DNA of 42,270 nt from sequence record SRR31156797_1918; one strand, given 5' to 3'. Both the position numbers and the translations under genes were made by a program. Below the pieces are notes generated by a model that ran no database searches, was not told the DNA's origin, and saw only the letters and a program-made list of their open reading frames with translations. Positions within the stretch are counted from its first letter, which is position 1. The number at the start of each line of letters is the position of its first letter. Positions 37,782 through 42,270 of the stretch are shown in pieces.

Positions 37782-39779
37782 GTGAAAACAATGAACATAA
37801 ATAAAATGAAGTTGTCGATGAAAATAGGTGGTGGTTTTGGCTTTGTCCTGATGTTACTCCTGATAGTTGCCTTTTTTTCCTGGCAAGGCCTGACCACGAT
37901 AACTGACGGCCTGCAGGAGTATGATCGGCGCTCCAACAATTCCAATATGATCAGCTCGCTCCAAGGCACTATGCTGCAGGTACGGCTAAATGTCATGAGC
38001 TTTATGGTCAACCACAACGACAAGGCCTTACAGGAATACCAGAAATATTCAGGCCAATTGCAGAGTGCGATTGACGAAGCCAAAGAGACGATAAGAAACC
38101 CTGAGCGGAAAGCCAATATCTCCAAGATCGATATCGAAGTTGACACCTACACCCAAGCATTCGGACAGGCGGTGACCGATACCAGAGAGAGTACCCGGAT
38201 TCTCAACGAGGAGCTACAACCCCTTGGCTCATCAATACTAAAGGGGCTCGCTGAGATAACGACTTCGGCCAGAGATAATCAGGACCTCGAAGCAGTCTTC
38301 AACTCCGGCTTGGCGGTTGAGCATATGTTGCAGGCCCGCCTGTATGTGCAAAAATTTCTGACCACTGGTGAACTGAAGGACAGTGAACGGGTCAACGCAG
38401 AGAACGCCAAACTTCAGGATCGTATAGCTCAGCTTTTTGTCACAGACCACCCCCAACTCAAGACCCAGGCCCAAAAGGTACTCGATGATGTCAAGAACTA
38501 TATGGTCAGCTTCAACCTGATTGCCAAGGCTACCAACAGTCGAAGCAATGCTTACAACAACACGCTTGCCTCAATTGGTCCCAAGGTCGCGACCCTGGTC
38601 GACACCATGCTTAAATCCTATGTGGCGGACCAGCAGGAACTTGGAACCACCCTCAAGGCAACAAGTCAAACCTCCATCCGCACCATGCTGATTATTGCTC
38701 TGGCAGCCATTCTGCTGGGAATAATCTTTGCCATCTTCCTTACCCGTGCCATTACAGGAACGGTCCGCAAAACAGCAGCCTTTGCCCAAACAATGGCCAA
38801 TGGTGACTTTACCAATACACTCGATGTCAAACAGGGCGATGAGATCGGCCTCATGGCCAACTCCCTCAACGATATGGTCGCTCAGTTAGGATCCATGATT
38901 AAGGAAATCGCCAGCGGGGTCAGCAGCCTTTCCCTGTCATCTACGGATCTGGCAGCGGTCTCTAACCAATTGTCATCAGCAGCCAAGGATACTTCCGACA
39001 AATCCGGTTCAGTCGCCACTGCCACCGAGGAGATGAGTACCAATTTTCAATCGGTCTCAGCGGCCATGGAGCAATCCACCGCCAATGTCAACATAATCGC
39101 TTCCTCCACCGAGGAGATGACCTCAACGGTCAACGAGATTGCCGAAAGCGCTGAAAAGGCGAGAATCATCACCGATGGGGCAGTCAAACAATCACAGGAT
39201 ACTTCAATAAAAATGGCCGATCTGGGGGAGTCAGCCAAGAGAATCGGCAAGGTCACTGAAGCCATCACCGAGATATCCGAACAGACCAACCTTCTTGCTC
39301 TCAACGCCACCATCGAGGCGGCAAGGGCTGGCGAGGCGGGTAAGGGCTTTGCAGTGGTCGCTAATGAAATTAAAGAACTGGCCCAGCAAACAGCTGAAGC
39401 CACGGTCGACATCAAGGATCAGATCAATGAGATCCAAGTCACCACAGGCGTAACCATTGAAGATATAAGTCGAATCTCAGATGTAATCGTGGAGATTAAT
39501 GGGGTTATCAATGCTATCGCTACAGCAGTGGAGGAACAATCAACGGCCACCAGTGAAATAGCCGGAAATATCGCCCAGGCCTCTATGGGGATTGGCGAGG
39601 TCAACGAGAACGTGGCCCAGAGTACCGCGGTGGTCTCGGATATAACCCGTGATATCAGTGAGATCAATAGCCAGTCGAATCAGGTTGAAGAAGGTTCAAT
39701 CCAAGTCCAGACAAGCGCCCAGAACCTCTCTGCCCTTGCCGTCCAGTTGGAAATTATGGTGAATAAATTCAAGGTCTGA
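37782..39779 (+). CDS. Methyl-accepting chemotaxis protein (TM, helical sensor, TM, HAMP, MA)
   Basis: [52 protein letters not shown]; start may be ATG 37791 or 37806. Confidence 0.96.
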   Translation: MKTMNINKMKLSMKIGGGFGFVLMLLLIVAFFSWQGLTTITDGLQEYDRRSNNSNMISSLQGTMLQVRLNVMSFMVNHNDKALQEYQKYSGQLQSAIDEAKETIRNPERKANISKIDIEVDTYTQAFGQAVTDTRESTRILNEELQPLGSSILKGLAEITTSARDNQDLEAVFNSGLAVEHMLQARLYVQKFLTTGELKDSERVNAENAKLQDRIAQLFVTDHPQLKTQAQKVLDDVKNYMVSFNLIAKATNSRSNAYNNTLASIGPKVATLVDTMLKSYVADQQELGTTLKATSQTSIRTMLIIALAAILLGIIFAIFLTRAITGTVRKTAAFAQTMANGDFTNTLDVKQGDEIGLMANSLNDMVAQLGSMIKEIASGVSSLSLSSTDLAAVSNQLSSAAKDTSDKSGSVATATEEMSTNFQSVSAAMEQSTANVNIIASSTEEMTSTVNEIAESAEKARIITDGAVKQSQDTSIKMADLGESAKRIGKVTEAITEISEQTNLLALNATIEAARAGEAGKGFAVVANEIKELAQQTAEATVDIKDQINEIQVTTGVTIEDISRISDVIVEINGVINAIATAVEEQSTATSEIAGNIAQASMGIGEVNENVAQSTAVVSDITRDISEINSQSNQVEEGSIQVQTSAQNLSALAVQLEIMVNKFKV

Positions 39780-40032
39780 AATCTTCCACCAACAGCAACA
39801 GGCGGTTTATTTATTCCCGGTGTTGTCCTGAGGGGCACGCCCGGAAATACTAACAGCCCACCGAAGAATACCTGTGAAAATGAGGGTACTCCCAAGGCCA
39901 TGGAGATCTGTCGTCAGGTTATCCGTTGATATGGAAAAAACTGTATCTTTATTGCAATTGCACTATACGTGTGCCACCTCTTCCATGTGTGACCGACAAC
40001 TAAAAGCCCTGGACAAAGGATGTTGCCTGCGG

Positions 40033-40503
40033 ATGGTTGGCGCGATTGTGACCGTGATGATTGCAGGGGGGGTACCCTTACCTGGTGGACGGCGACGCTG
40101 GCATATAGAAGGATGCGTGCACGACCTGCTCCAGCAAAAAAACTGGTTGTCCAAACGGTGAACATCGAGAGAATTTGACACTTTCAGCTGCGGAAGCCGG
40201 CTTGACCAGCATTAACTATCGTCGACTCAAGAGGCAGTTCACTACCGTGTGTTGTGTCAATTCGAAATGCCGCTTAATTTATCTTCTCGGCAGAGAGCGG
40301 GAACTTTGTTGATGCCAAACGTCAGGCCCATACCATCAAAGGGGCCTCGACCAGAACCTCTGGAGATCCTCTCCGTTCCGTGACCATTAAGATGGAGAAG
40401 ACAATTAAAGCCGGCGTCATGAAGAGCCATGCTCCTGATGACTACGATGGAAGCAGAGTTTGACCGCTTGCAAAAAGCGTTGGCAAAAAAATTTTGCCAA
40501 TAG
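40033..40503 (+). pseudogene. Collapsed hybrid kinase: N-terminal TM/sensor fragment joined to C-terminal Hpt fragment
   Basis: Hpt-like ESGNFVDAKRQAHTIKGAS...LRSVTIKMEK / MEAEFDRLQKAL* at 40293-40503; upstream multi-frameshift MVGAIVTVMIAGG / TLTWWT / DLLQQ / VNIERI / YRRLKRQF...CRLIYLLGR. Confidence 0.7.
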
Positions 40504-40620
40504 TGGGATAAACAAAAGCCATAAAAACACTCTTTATTAAAGAAACTTTAGCCACCCTTCAGTTACCTAGTAAACGTGGTAGGTTAAAGCTTATTTTTTT
40601 ATGAAACAAGGATAAATAGC

Positions 40621-42270
40621 ATGCGTATTCTGATTGCTGAAGATGACTATACCTCTCGCATCTCCCTGGCAAATATGCTGAAAAAGGATGGTCATGAGGT
40701 CGAGGAAACCGTTAATGGTGCTGCTGCATGGGAGGCACTGCAAAAGCCTGACGCGCCGCGATTGGTAATTCTCGACTGGATCATGCCGAAGATGGACGGA
40801 CTGGAGGTTCTTCGCCGAACCCGCGCCCTGGAGACTGACCAACCGTTTTACATTATCCTGCTCACCGTTAAAGGGGATAAGGCCAACATCATCATCGGAA
40901 TGGAGGCCGGAGCTAATGATTACCTTTCCAAGCCCATTGACGCCAGAAAACTCCGTGCCCGCGTCGAGGTTGGTAGGCGCATGATCGAGATACAGGAGCC
41001 CCTGACCTGCAAGGTTGAAAAACTACGAGAGAAGGAGTCTTTCAGGGACATCACTGATCGCAAGCTAGCCGAGGATGCCTTGCAGGCCGAACGAAAACGG
41101 TTGAGGGATATTATCGATTTCCTGCCGGACGCAACCCTGGCTATCGATACAGAAGGACGTGTCATCATTTGGAATAAAGCTATGGAGCAAATGACGGGGT
41201 TGCCGGCCGCTGAGATGATCGGTCGAGGCGACTATGCCTACTCCATTCCTTTTTATGGAGAAGTTCGACAGGAACTGATAGATCTTCTTTTTGACAACCA
41301 TGAGGATATTAAAGCCCGCTACCCCCACTTCACTCGGGAAGGTGACACACTCATGGCGGAAATATTTTGCAAAGCCCTCTATGGGAACAAGGGCGCATGG
41401 GTTTTTGCAAAGGCATCGCCTCTCTACGATCAGAAGGGCAATATTATCGGAAGAATTGAAACTATTCGCGATATTTCAAACCACAAACAGACTGAGGAAA
41501 AACTCAAAAAGAGTGTTTCATGGTTCAAAGCACTTTTCAATGCCACCTCGGACTCGGTTATTTTAATAAAACCCGATGGCATAATTCTCGACTTGAATGA
41601 TAACGCAGCAAGCCGTCGTAAGGTCAGCACCAAAATGATGCAGGGACAAAATCTCTCTGATTTTTTGCCGCGGGAGGCTGCCTCTCTACGCTACAAGGCT
41701 ATTGACCGGATTATGAAAGAGAGATCTCTTGTTCAGTACGAAGAGTTTCGCGACGAGAAGTATTACCGTATCCGACTCTTCCCTATACTAAATCGTCAGA
41801 ATAAGGTCATTCAGGTGGCCAGCTTTTCTAGAGACATCACAGCGTTCAAACAGGCGGAGGAGGAAAAAAAAATACTGCAGGCGCAATTGATTCAGTCCCA
41901 TAAAATGGAGGCCATCGGTACCCTGGCAAGTGGGATCGCTCACGACTTCAACAATATTCTCGGGGCGATTCTCGGCTATGCCGGAATGGCACGAGAAGCC
42001 AGTCCTGAGGGTTCCGTGATTGCCCAGTATCTTGACAAGGTGCTGGAAGCAGAGAACCGAGCTGCTACTCTGGTTAAACAAATTCTCACTTTCAGCCGTC
42101 AGAGCAACTCCGAGCGGGTTCCGCTGGATCCTGCTCTCATTGCCAAGGAAGCTATCAAATTCCTCCGCCCGACACTGCCCTCAACCATTGCGATCAGGCA
42201 GCAACTCGATACCAAAACCAAACCCATCCTTGCCAATTCGACCCAGATTCATCAAATCCTGATGAATCTT
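40621..42270 (+). CDS. REC, PAS, PAS, HisKA sensor kinase, 3'-truncated by window edge (absent from ORF track)
   Basis: Frame 1 open from ATG 40621: MRILIAEDD, ILDWIMPKMDG, DYLSKP; FLPDATLAID...IETIRDIS; FNATSDSV...SRDITAFK; KMEAIGTLASGIAHDFNNIL; QIHQILMNL at the edge. Confidence 0.93.
   Translation, partial: MRILIAEDDYTSRISLANMLKKDGHEVEETVNGAAAWEALQKPDAPRLVILDWIMPKMDGLEVLRRTRALETDQPFYIILLTVKGDKANIIIGMEAGANDYLSKPIDARKLRARVEVGRRMIEIQEPLTCKVEKLREKESFRDITDRKLAEDALQAERKRLRDIIDFLPDATLAIDTEGRVIIWNKAMEQMTGLPAAEMIGRGDYAYSIPFYGEVRQELIDLLFDNHEDIKARYPHFTREGDTLMAEIFCKALYGNKGAWVFAKASPLYDQKGNIIGRIETIRDISNHKQTEEKLKKSVSWFKALFNATSDSVILIKPDGIILDLNDNAASRRKVSTKMMQGQNLSDFLPREAASLRYKAIDRIMKERSLVQYEEFRDEKYYRIRLFPILNRQNKVIQVASFSRDITAFKQAEEEKKILQAQLIQSHKMEAIGTLASGIAHDFNNILGAILGYAGMAREASPEGSVIAQYLDKVLEAENRAATLVKQILTFSRQSNSERVPLDPALIAKEAIKFLRPTLPSTIAIRQQLDTKTKPILANSTQIHQILMNL

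Noticed and set aside
39874-40161. 95-aa ORF as a real gene
   Set aside because: Better explained as a patchwork over the collapsed kinase pseudogene.
1-42270. CRISPR arrays, tRNA, rRNA, known riboswitches
   Set aside because: No regularly spaced repeats or recognisable RNA signatures seen by eye; a covariance-model scan was not possible.

Overview
42-kb window that looks like a Desulfobacterota (Desulfobulbales-like) chromosome; the taxon is inferred from protein style only. In order: 3' end of a collagen-repeat protein; a Ser/Thr kinase stub; a 1277-aa O-carbamoyltransferase/SAM-methyltransferase fusion whose C-terminus resembles a cis-fused RiPP leader+core, followed by a hybrid histidine kinase whose input is a degenerate isochorismatase-like domain (best candidate for a novel system); a tetraheme cytochrome/NrfC/NrfD/large multiheme cytochrome operon; a YbaK/EbsC gene; a ~9-kb block (S8 protease, orphan SBP, hybrid kinase, TetR, NADH oxidase-like flavoprotein) bracketed by a 107-nt direct repeat of the 5' end of a CoA-binding-protein gene; small genes; an SBP+DAACS pair; an AI-2E/OMF/HlyD/DUF2955 operon; a PAS kinase and sigma54 regulator abutted by a decayed IS; an atypical receiver; an MCP; a collapsed hybrid-kinase pseudogene; and a REC-PAS-PAS kinase running off the end. 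No rRNA, tRNA or CRISPR array seen. All family calls are from motif reading, not database searches.
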